64,000 nt of DNA from Microcystaceae cyanobacterium (GTDB lineage: Bacteria > Cyanobacteriota > Cyanobacteriia > Cyanobacteriales > Microcystaceae). Shown piece after piece: positions 32,076-40,683 of this stretch (position 1 is the stretch's first letter; the number at the start of each line of letters is the position of its first letter). The position numbers and the translations under genes are program-made. Under the pieces are notes generated by a model. The model did not search any database. It saw only the letters and a list, made by a program, of their open reading frames with translations, and had not been told where the DNA came from. The stretch lies in contig JBGTGT010000011.1 of the NCBI GenBank assembly GCA_041746575.1, positions 1 to 64,000 on the forward strand, written 5' to 3'.

Positions 32076-32978
32076 ATGACGGCGGTTACTCTTGCTGAAG
32101 CCTCTAAACCCAACGAACCTCAAATCTGGTATTGGCGAGGTTTTCCCATTATTTACCAACAACAGGGTGAATCGGGTCCTCCGGTAGTCTTTGTGCATGG
32201 TTTTGGGGCATCTTTGGGTCATTGGCGTAAAAATATTTCCGTTTTGAGTCAAAATTGCCGCTGTTATGCCCTTGATTTAATTGGTTTTGGCGGTTCAGCA
32301 AAACCGAGTCCTTATACCGAGATTGAGTACACTTTTGAGACATGGGGACAGCAAGTAGCTGATTTTTGTCGGGAAGTGGTAGGAAAACCCGCTTTTTTGG
32401 TCGGAAATTCTATCGGTTGTATTGTGGCGATGCAAACGGCGGTCGATAACGCGGAATGGGTACGGGGCTTAGGAATTCTTAATTGTTCTTTGCGGCTCCT
32501 ACATGAGCGAAAGCGAATAAATTTACCTTGGTATCGAAATCTAGGGGCTTCTTTCATGCAAAAGCTTCTGAGTAATCCTCAAGTGGGTCGTTTTTTCTTT
32601 CAACAAATTGCTAGACCTAACACAGTTCGCCGAATTTTGTTGCAAGCCTATTGTCGCCGTGAAGCCGTAACAGAGGAATTAATTGAAATTTTAATGAAAC
32701 CTGTCAAAGATCAGGGTGCTAGCGATGTTTTTCTGGCGTTTACCCGTTATTCGCAAGGACCCCTACCTGAAGATTTATTACCTCGCTTGTCATGTCCGAC
32801 GTTTATTTTGTGGGGAACGAAAGATCCGTGGGAATCCATTGAAGAAGGACAAAAATACGCCGATTATTCGGCTGTTGAGCAATTTATTCCTTTAGAAGGG
32901 GTGGGTCATTGTCCTCAGGATGAAGCCCCCGAATTAGTCAATCCCATTCTATTAGATTGGATTTTATCAGTAAACTAA
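32076..32978 (+). CDS. Alpha/beta-fold hydrolase
   Basis: HGFG, DLIGFG, GNSIG nucleophile elbow, GHCPQDE. Confidence 0.9.
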   Translation: MTAVTLAEASKPNEPQIWYWRGFPIIYQQQGESGPPVVFVHGFGASLGHWRKNISVLSQNCRCYALDLIGFGGSAKPSPYTEIEYTFETWGQQVADFCREVVGKPAFLVGNSIGCIVAMQTAVDNAEWVRGLGILNCSLRLLHERKRINLPWYRNLGASFMQKLLSNPQVGRFFFQQIARPNTVRRILLQAYCRREAVTEELIEILMKPVKDQGASDVFLAFTRYSQGPLPEDLLPRLSCPTFILWGTKDPWESIEEGQKYADYSAVEQFIPLEGVGHCPQDEAPELVNPILLDWILSVN

Positions 32979-33133
32979 GGATCTCAGTTGAGCTTAGGGA
33001 TAGGATAATTTTAAGGGCCTTAGCGGTTGGCCACAGCATTCGTTAGGTATGCTATTTATAGAACAGGAAAAATTGAAGAGTCTCTGCTCTTCGCTCTCCT
33101 TAATTTGCTCTAATTCAGATCAGACGTCCTATT

Positions 33134-33733
33134 ATGTCTGTGCTTCGTGTTGGTATTGCCGGCCCTGTGGGGTCTGGAAAAACGGCTCTTTTAGAGGCAT
33201 TGTGCAAAGCGTTGCGAGATCACTATCAAATTGCGGTAGTGACCAACGATATCTATACTCAAGAAGATGCTCAATTTTTAGTCCGTTCTCAAGCGTTAAG
33301 TGGCGATCGCATTATTGGGGTAGAAACAGGAGGATGTCCTCATACAGCTATTCGCGAGGACGCATCGATGAATTTAGTTGCTATCGAACAATTAGAGGCA
33401 CAATTTAAGCCCCTAGATTTGGTTTTCTTAGAAAGTGGGGGAGATAATCTAGCTGCCACCTTTAGCCCTGAATTAGTGGATTTAACCCTTTATGTCATTG
33501 ATGTCGCCGCCGGAGATAAAATTCCCCGTAAAGGAGGTCCCGGTATTACAAAATCAGATTTATTAATTATTAATAAAATTGATCTTGCGCCTTTAGTGGG
33601 GGCAGATTTAAACATAATGCACAGGGATGCTCAAAAAATGCGAGGCGACAAGCCTTTCGTCTTTACCAATCTAAAAACCAAAGAAGGCTTAGAGATGATT
33701 CTGACATTTATCAAGCAACAAATTCCTACTTAA
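33134..33733 (+). CDS. ureG: Urease accessory GTPase UreG
   Basis: [26 protein letters not shown]. Confidence 0.96.
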   Translation: MSVLRVGIAGPVGSGKTALLEALCKALRDHYQIAVVTNDIYTQEDAQFLVRSQALSGDRIIGVETGGCPHTAIREDASMNLVAIEQLEAQFKPLDLVFLESGGDNLAATFSPELVDLTLYVIDVAAGDKIPRKGGPGITKSDLLIINKIDLAPLVGADLNIMHRDAQKMRGDKPFVFTNLKTKEGLEMILTFIKQQIPT

Positions 33734-33752
33734 AATCCTTTGAACTGCCCAA

Positions 33753-35513
33753 TTAAGCCACTTGCACTTTTGCGATTCGCCAGCAATTTCTGCCACTATT
33801 TTTTGCTAAAAATAAAGCTTGGTCTGCTTGTGTAATTAAATCGTTTGGGATGTGGGTTTCCGCCGGAATTTGACTGGCAATCCCCATACTAGCAGTGACA
33901 AAAGGACTTCCTGCGGGTTTATCTGGGTGGGTAATTTCTAATTCTTTAATGGCTTTTTGAATCTCTTGGGCAAGGGTAATTGCGCCTTGTTGTTCTGTAT
34001 GGGGTAAGATAATCATAAATTCTTCGCCTCCCCAACGAGCCAGCAGGTCGGTTGAACGTTTTAGAACGGATTGAATGGCTTGAATCACTTTAATCAAGCA
34101 AGTATCTCCGGCGGGATGACCATAGACATTGTTATAACGACCAAAATAATCTAAATCTAAGATAATAAGCGATAAATAAGCTTTTTCTCTTTTTAATCGT
34201 TGCCATTCTTTTTCCAGCACTTCCTCAAGGTAACGACGGTTGGCAATTTTTAATAATGGATCAAGGCGAGTTAATTCTTCGAGTTGTGCCGCCTGTTGAC
34301 GAGAATAATTGAGTAAGTCAGCGTGTTCTAAGGCAACATTAAAATGTGCCGCTAAAGCCCTCAAAAATTCTATTTCTGAGTCTTTCCATTCACGGGGCGC
34401 GCTACATTGATGAATACAAAGTAATCCCCATAAGGCCTGACTTTTCAGGATGGGAATCACGATTTGCGCTTTAATTTGAAATTGCTTTAGCAGATCAACA
34501 TAGCAATCTGTCAAGTTATGTTGATCAATATCGGAGAGAATTTGCATTCTCCCTTGAAGATACAATGGTAAGAAGCGATCGGCAAAGCAATGATTTTGTA
34601 ATTGCCGATCAATCACCGTCCCATACAAAGGTAATGTGTTTTCAGCGATAAATTGACCCCCTTCGCGATGACTTTCCTCGGCAAATTGAAAAATAGCTAC
34701 CCTATCCGCTTTCATCGCTCGGCGGACTTCTTTGGCTGTGATACTAAAGAGGGTCGCTAAATCAAGAGATTCGCGAATTTCCGTGATAACCTTGTACAGA
34801 ATTTGCTGCTTTTGGTTAGCTTCCTCTAAATCACGGGCTTTTTGCTCTGCTTTTGCTAGAAATTCTGCTTGTTTCACCGCAAATCCCAATTGAGTAGCGA
34901 CTTGGGATAAGTAAGTCAGTTCTAGGGAACGCCACTGATAAGGTTGAGAATGCTGATAAGCCGCTAAAATCCCCCATAATTGCTGACCAATAAAAATTGG
35001 TGCAGTGGCATAAGCACGAATCCGAAATTGCTCTAGCATTTCAATGTGACATTGAGATAAACTAGCTTGATAGATATCTGATACCACCAACATCTCGTTA
35101 TGACGATATCTGCCGCCTTGATTTTCTTGTAAGTAAGTATCATTCCAAACAGTATTTTGACCTAAGACCTCTATATACTGCCAAGCAGGTTGAGAAAATT
35201 CAAAATCGTGGACAAATTCGCCCCCCCAGTCTTCAGAAAAGCGATAAATGGCCATTCTTTCTACTCTTAAAAGTTTACAGGTTTCTTTGGTTGTTGTCTG
35301 AAAAATGGTATCTAAGTCCAAAGATGCGCGTATTTTGCTGATAACACGATATAAAGCCTGCTGTTGTTCCTTGATTTGTTCAATCTGCCTTGTTTTTTCT
35401 CTGAGTTGTTGTTGCCATTCTTTCGCAGAGGGAATTCCCCCGATACGGCAAGCGATATCGGTTATCCATTGTGCAAGGGGAAATAAAAAAGAATTTTGTT
35501 GCTTAACAGTCAT
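33753..35513 (-). CDS. Cyanobacteriochrome GAF-GAF-GGDEF diguanylate cyclase
   Basis: GAF1 has WNDTYLQENQGGRY...CH; GAF2 has NHCF...DCY; GGDEF domain with RSTD I-site and GGEEF. Confidence 0.88.
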   Translation of the reverse strand: MTVKQQNSFLFPLAQWITDIACRIGGIPSAKEWQQQLREKTRQIEQIKEQQQALYRVISKIRASLDLDTIFQTTTKETCKLLRVERMAIYRFSEDWGGEFVHDFEFSQPAWQYIEVLGQNTVWNDTYLQENQGGRYRHNEMLVVSDIYQASLSQCHIEMLEQFRIRAYATAPIFIGQQLWGILAAYQHSQPYQWRSLELTYLSQVATQLGFAVKQAEFLAKAEQKARDLEEANQKQQILYKVITEIRESLDLATLFSITAKEVRRAMKADRVAIFQFAEESHREGGQFIAENTLPLYGTVIDRQLQNHCFADRFLPLYLQGRMQILSDIDQHNLTDCYVDLLKQFQIKAQIVIPILKSQALWGLLCIHQCSAPREWKDSEIEFLRALAAHFNVALEHADLLNYSRQQAAQLEELTRLDPLLKIANRRYLEEVLEKEWQRLKREKAYLSLIILDLDYFGRYNNVYGHPAGDTCLIKVIQAIQSVLKRSTDLLARWGGEEFMIILPHTEQQGAITLAQEIQKAIKELEITHPDKPAGSPFVTASMGIASQIPAETHIPNDLITQADQALFLAKNSGRNCWRIAKVQVA

Positions 35514-35828
35514 TATGCAATCACCAAAAAGGGCGATAACCTTAAGTTAACGATGAAGACAAAGGATGAGGAATAGACAACCGTAAGGACTTCAGCTATC
35601 TTGCTTTAGTGTGCTTATCACCCTATTGTTGATATTCTTTCAATCTCTTATTGTATCAAAATAACTTCTGACTTGACTCAAAAAAGATATCGCGTTTCTT
35701 AAGTAGATGAGATACAAAGCTCAACTGCGATCGCTCAGAGATTTATCCGTTTATAATACTCCACTTAAGTAAAAGCCGCAATATTCTTAAAAATTCAATC
35801 TTCCTAGTCAGCTTAGTTTTTTGGAAGC

Positions 35829-36452
35829 TTACTCTTTTTTTTGTAGATAGTTAACAATGGTTTTGTGAACTTCCTCTTTTGATTTTATCGCATTAACTTG
35901 TAATAATTTTCCTGAGTAATCTTTAAATAATTTTTCATAATTTTGACGAACGCTGGTTAGTTTTTCCTGCGTTTCATAAATTTCTTTAGTAGAGCGATCT
36001 TGAATTCGTAAAAGGGAGGCTTCTACGGGAAGATCACAATAAATCACTAAATCGGGTTGAGGAAAATCATGATTTAAACGTTGAATAAATGCCCAATCTT
36101 CCGAGGTATTTCCATTATAGGCAAAGGAAGAAAAATAATAACGAGTGGTGATCACATGACAGCCATTTTTCTTAATTAATTTAAAAACCCCGTCTTGCTG
36201 ATTATACAAGTGATGATGACGATCTGCCGCAAACAAATAAGCCATTTGTTGATCGAATAACAAAGAATCCTCAAATGCAAAAATAGGGTGTTGCATTCCT
36301 TGACGGATAAGTTTACCGATGATTCCCTCGGTTGGTTCAGGGCTTAAGACGGCTTTCTGATTGTGTGTGATAAAATAATGTTGCAATAATGCCGCTTGGG
36401 TGGACGTTCCTGAGCCATCAATTCCTTCTAGAACAATAAATAAAGGTTTCAT
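35829..36452 (-). CDS. tmk: Thymidylate kinase
   Basis: FIVLEGIDGSGTST P-loop, EPT, LFAADR, TRY, PDL. Confidence 0.88.
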   Translation of the reverse strand: MKPLFIVLEGIDGSGTSTQAALLQHYFITHNQKAVLSPEPTEGIIGKLIRQGMQHPIFAFEDSLLFDQQMAYLFAADRHHHLYNQQDGVFKLIKKNGCHVITTRYYFSSFAYNGNTSEDWAFIQRLNHDFPQPDLVIYCDLPVEASLLRIQDRSTKEIYETQEKLTSVRQNYEKLFKDYSGKLLQVNAIKSKEEVHKTIVNYLQKKE

Positions 36453-36471
36453 TTTTTACCGATAACGCTAC

Positions 36472-37884
36472 TTAGATAAACCAAGCTTGGATCCATTGGG
36501 GAAACTTTCGATATTTTATTAATCTTTGTTGTTGCCATTGTAGGGCTAATTGGGACAGAATATAGGCAAAGCCTTCGGAAGGGAACCCCTTGTGCATCAG
36601 GTTTTGTAGGGGAATTTTCTGTTTCATCGCCAAAGCGATCGCCCCCATATATTCCTCGGCATGATACCCTAAAAGATGCGCTCCTAAGATTTGACCATTT
36701 TGATGGACGATTAATTTTATTCTACCCTCCGTTACGCCTAATAACTGAGCAGAAGGAAGGGATTGAAAATTCTTTTCTACGACGCTAATTTTAGCCTGAT
36801 ATTGTTGCTTTGCTTGTTTTTCTGTGAATCCAACTCTCGCAAAGGTGGGATCTGTTAAAACAACATAAGGAATAAAACGATAATCCATTTTAAACAGGGC
36901 AAAACCCAAAATATTTTTCAAAGCAATATCTATTTCGGCTTGCGTAATATGTCCTTCAATTTCGCCCCCAATAACACTTCCTACGGCATAAACATTAGAA
37001 CAATGGGTTTGGAGTTTTTGATTTACCTTAATTCTTTTTTGATCAAAATTAATTCCTATTTCTTCTAGGTTTAAATTTTGGATATTGGGTTGAGACGAAG
37101 AAATGACGATTATCCCATCCGTTACGATGCCTTGATTGTCAATCTGTAGCCAAATTTTATCTTCGATGCGTTTGATATGAGTCACATGCGAATTAAGAAA
37201 AACGTGAATCCCTTCCGCTTCTAAATGCGCTAAAAGATAACGGTTAATTTCTCTTTCTTCTTGCCCTAATAAATCCGGTTGATCGGTAATTAATTGAATT
37301 TTTTTGCCCAATTGTTGTAAACATTGTGCTAGTTCAACACCCACATTACTTTGGCTAAGAATGGTCAAATTTTGGGGCAATTGAGTCAAATTTTTAGGTA
37401 AATCCTCAAGCCTAAAATAGCCAACGTCTTTTAATCCTTGAAATTCAGGAATTTGATAACGTGATCCCGTTGTAATGAGATAAGCAGAACTGGATAAAGA
37501 GCGAGTTTCTGTGATAAAAATAGGATTGGACTTTTGTTTAAATTGACCTGACGCTAGGATAATATCTACACCCATTTCCCCTAATTGAGATAAAGAAATC
37601 TCCTCGAAAGGATAGTGCCACCATGGTAAAACTGAATTCGCAAAAGCATTGATTTCTACATCATTTTTGATGATTCCCCATGTTTTGAGCCTTTGATGGT
37701 GTTTAGCTGAATGGGATAAATAGCTCAATCCCTGCCGAAAACTCGCTTCTTCCCTATTTTTACGACCTTCAAATGGCTGTTCAACAAGCGCAACTCGAAT
37801 TTTGAGGTGAATCGCTCTGACAGCCGCATATCGCCCTGCTGGTGTGTCGCCAATAATTACTAAATCATAATCTTTCAACATCAT
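36472..37884 (-). CDS. Pyridine nucleotide-disulfide oxidoreductase-like flavoprotein with degenerate motifs
   Basis: YDLVIIG, TGS, NVYAVG, P..ARVG.TE, GQILGAH dimerisation domain. Confidence 0.75.
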   Translation of the reverse strand: MMLKDYDLVIIGDTPAGRYAAVRAIHLKIRVALVEQPFEGRKNREEASFRQGLSYLSHSAKHHQRLKTWGIIKNDVEINAFANSVLPWWHYPFEEISLSQLGEMGVDIILASGQFKQKSNPIFITETRSLSSSAYLITTGSRYQIPEFQGLKDVGYFRLEDLPKNLTQLPQNLTILSQSNVGVELAQCLQQLGKKIQLITDQPDLLGQEEREINRYLLAHLEAEGIHVFLNSHVTHIKRIEDKIWLQIDNQGIVTDGIIVISSSQPNIQNLNLEEIGINFDQKRIKVNQKLQTHCSNVYAVGSVIGGEIEGHITQAEIDIALKNILGFALFKMDYRFIPYVVLTDPTFARVGFTEKQAKQQYQAKISVVEKNFQSLPSAQLLGVTEGRIKLIVHQNGQILGAHLLGYHAEEYMGAIALAMKQKIPLQNLMHKGFPSEGFAYILSQLALQWQQQRLIKYRKFPQWIQAWFI

Positions 37885-37950
37885 TTAAGTCACGTTTGTT
37901 GCCAACAATCGGTCTTGTTTAAAGCAAAAAAGAATTCCGTTTTCTTATGC

Positions 37951-39069
37951 TTAACCTTGTAAAAATTCATCTAAATCGGGGATATTAACCCATGCTTTCT
38001 GACGATGGGATTGATGGGTTAAATCCATTAATAACTGAGAATAAACTCCTTCTTTAAGAGAGGGAATTAGGGATTTTCTTTGTTCAATTCCCCTGAGCCA
38101 TTGATCAATAACTCGCATAAAAGGAGCTAATCGTCCATCGGGGTAAACTTGAGGAAAAGCTAAACGTTGAGGAATCTCGATTTCTTTGAAGGCTTGTCCA
38201 ACAGGAGCGGCAAAAAGACGAAATCCGTGAACATAGTCCTTGAGATTGTCGCTTCCTAAGACTAACGTGCCTTTATCACCATAAATTTCAATCCAGTGAC
38301 CTCTTCCGCTATAGGTGACCGAACTCAGGGATAATTGACAAGGAATCTCATGCTCTAATTCTAAGGTAATTAAACAGGTATCATCGGCATCTACCGGCTT
38401 TAGGCGATTATTGTCAAGGGGATCAGGACGTTCTGGGATAGCGCAACCCAAATAAGCAGATAGTCGTTTTATTTTACCAAATAACCAGTGAATATAATCA
38501 AAAGCATGAGAACCGATCGCCCCTAAAACCCCTCCTCCTTTATCCTTTTGTGCATACCAATTCCAACTTCTTTCGGGATGAGCGCGACTTGCCACTAACC
38601 AATCAATTTTAATCAAACGCGGCGTTCCGACATAACCTTGTTGAAGATATTCAGCCAAACATTGCCATGAAGGTACAAACCGAAACTCAAAATCAGCGAT
38701 CGCTGTTAACCTGTTCTGTTGCGCCAAGTGATACAATTCTCTGGTTTGGTAAGCGTTTAAATTTAAAGGTTTTTCCAACAATAGATGTTTTCCGGCATTT
38801 AACACCTGTTTGGCCATCTCGTAATGCAGAAAGGGTGGTGTAGAAATACTAACTGCCGCTACTTCAGGAAGGGACAAAATGGTAGATAACCGATTTAAGC
38901 CGTAAGGAATCGCATATTTGTCAGCAATATCTTTGGCTTTCTCTAAATCCCGATGATAAATTGCCACTAATTCTGTATGGGGATGCTGTTGAAATCCGGG
39001 GATGTGAATCGCTTGGCCAAAACCCGTTCCTACAACGGCCACCCCGATTTTTTTTTGATTAACACTCAT
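37951..39069 (-). CDS. Gfo/Idh/MocA family oxidoreductase
   Basis: VVGTGFG, STPP..H, GKHLLLEKP, GGG.L...GSH..D. Confidence 0.88.
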   Translation of the reverse strand: MSVNQKKIGVAVVGTGFGQAIHIPGFQQHPHTELVAIYHRDLEKAKDIADKYAIPYGLNRLSTILSLPEVAAVSISTPPFLHYEMAKQVLNAGKHLLLEKPLNLNAYQTRELYHLAQQNRLTAIADFEFRFVPSWQCLAEYLQQGYVGTPRLIKIDWLVASRAHPERSWNWYAQKDKGGGVLGAIGSHAFDYIHWLFGKIKRLSAYLGCAIPERPDPLDNNRLKPVDADDTCLITLELEHEIPCQLSLSSVTYSGRGHWIEIYGDKGTLVLGSDNLKDYVHGFRLFAAPVGQAFKEIEIPQRLAFPQVYPDGRLAPFMRVIDQWLRGIEQRKSLIPSLKEGVYSQLLMDLTHQSHRQKAWVNIPDLDEFLQG

Positions 39070-39333
39070 AATCCTTGATGGTGAAGGCTTAATTATGAAT
39101 TATAAGGGGGTGAGTGTCAAAATAGCTAAGAAAAAGGCAATTAGCATTCTTTAAATTCCTACTATCTTAAGAAAATAAAAATTCTCTTTGCAAAAAAAAC
39201 TAAGTTCTAAAGTTGAGTCTTGATTGCTCTTTGCCGATAGTAGGAGCCAGAACAATGCCAATTGCTGCACTGTTGTTCCCTAACCATAGTAATTATGGGA
39301 CAGTTTCCGTGAGAACACCAGCGAAGTTTAGGA

Positions 39334-39353
39334 TCTTAACTTCTAAGTTAAGA
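39334..39353. repeat. Perfect 9-bp inverted repeat
   Basis: TCTTAACTT-CT-AAGTTAAGA. Confidence 0.85.
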
Positions 39354-39414
39354 CAAATTCCTGAAAGCTTTACAATATAAAAACGATAGATATTTTGGAC
39401 TCGAAAAACGTTTG

Positions 39415-39476
39415 TTAACTTCGGGCTTAACTTCCTTAACTTCGGGTTTAACTTCCTTAACTTCGGTCTTAACTTC
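39415..39476. repeat. Tandem array of six TTAACTTC boxes (about three 21-bp units)
   Basis: Copies start at 39415, 39427, 39436, 39448, 39457 and 39469. Confidence 0.9.
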
Positions 39477-39707
39477 TTGGGGATTTCAATTCCTATAGAA
39501 ACCATAATATGATCCAATGTTCAAAGCCTCATTCTCTCGACAGAAAACCCGACGCTCTCCTGCATTGTGAGGGAATCGTGTTACCCTGAAAGAATAGGGA
39601 TATCGTAAGGGGAAGTCCAAAAACACTCCTTTTAAGGTAACCTGCCATTCAAGCAGAGAAAACTAAGGCCGTCAGGCGTTGTTAAACATCAGAGAGGATA
39701 AATTTCA

Positions 39708-40040
39708 ATGCCATCGACATCTCAAGGCATATTAAGGGAATTAGCCAAAGACGGGAATCCAGCAGCGATCGCTACACTACTCAATCAAACTCTTGAATTA
39801 CGTCAAGTTTCGGCTAAAGTGTCTATACAAGGCGATCGCTTAAAAATTGTTTTACTCTCACAGGGGATGACGGATCAAGCGAGTTTAATCTTTTTACTCA
39901 TGCAAGAAATTCAGCAAATTCAGGATCTTCCTTGTCCCAAAATTAAAGTTCATTGTCATTTGAAAACCCAATGTTTTATTAATAGCCAATATCAGGACAG
40001 TATTCAATATAACGTTTGGATTTATCAGGGAAATATCTAA
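39708..40040 (+). CDS. Hypothetical protein with a cyanobacterial 'LAKxGxxxAIAxLLN' N-terminal domain
   Basis: 110-aa ORF with GAGG RBS. Confidence 0.6.
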   Translation: MPSTSQGILRELAKDGNPAAIATLLNQTLELRQVSAKVSIQGDRLKIVLLSQGMTDQASLIFLLMQEIQQIQDLPCPKIKVHCHLKTQCFINSQYQDSIQYNVWIYQGNI

Positions 40041-40165
40041 AGCAAATCAAGGCTGTATTTCTCAAACATTCAAAAAATCTTTAGATTTTGAGGAGAAGAT
40101 TGCTGGAACCCTAAAATAAAAGGCGAGATTCAAAACGAACATTCAGTTTTTGAGGTCAATCAGAG

Positions 40166-40651
40166 ATGGGTACGCTCTACGACGCCGTGATTCAGTTTTT
40201 TGAAGATGACGACTGGAAATTTATGGAAGTCGCACCGGGTAAAGCACTACGTCTAGGCGTTTCCGGACGAAATGGTGAATACGATTGTTATGCTGTGATT
40301 AACGAAGAACGGGAGACCTTTCGCTTTATGTCTCAAGTTCCTGTTAAAATTCCCGCCGATCAACGCTTAATTGTGGCTGAATTTTTAACCCGCGCTAATT
40401 ATGGTTTAACCATCGGTAACTTTGAAATGGATTTTGAAGATGGTGAAATTCGTTATAAAACCAGTATTGACGTAGAAGGCGATCGCTTAACTCCTCCCCT
40501 TGTCGCTAATTTAGTGAATGCCAATATCTTAACGATCGATCAATATTTTCCGGGGATTATGAAAGTCGTTTATGGAGGCGTTTCCCCCGAAGAAGCGATT
40601 CAATCTATTGAAGACGAAGAAGATGCAGAGGATGAAGAAGATGAAATCTAA
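40166..40651 (+). CDS. YbjN-domain protein with acidic tail
   Basis: EFLTRANYGLTIGNFEMDFEDGEIRYKT; ends EDEEDAEDEEDEI. Confidence 0.8.
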   Translation: MGTLYDAVIQFFEDDDWKFMEVAPGKALRLGVSGRNGEYDCYAVINEERETFRFMSQVPVKIPADQRLIVAEFLTRANYGLTIGNFEMDFEDGEIRYKTSIDVEGDRLTPPLVANLVNANILTIDQYFPGIMKVVYGGVSPEEAIQSIEDEEDAEDEEDEI

Positions 40652-40683
40652 AGATTATAATAGCTTATCGGTTAAAATACGTT

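Noticed and set aside
33134..33733. Isolated ureG (likewise the lone ABC permease and solute-binding genes)
   Set aside because: Scattered pathway genes are normal in cyanobacterial genomes.
35703..35715. NtcA-like site upstream of the CBCR cyclase
   Set aside because: GTA-N7-TAC; the spacing does not fit GTA-N8-TAC.
39415..39476. Array as a CRISPR
   Set aside because: Repeats are 8 bp with 1-4 bp spacers; no cas genes in the window.
39293..39517. 74-aa ORF with KLRPKLRKLNPKLRKLSPKL
   Set aside because: The periodicity is a by-product of the 21-bp DNA repeat; TTG start and no family resemblance.
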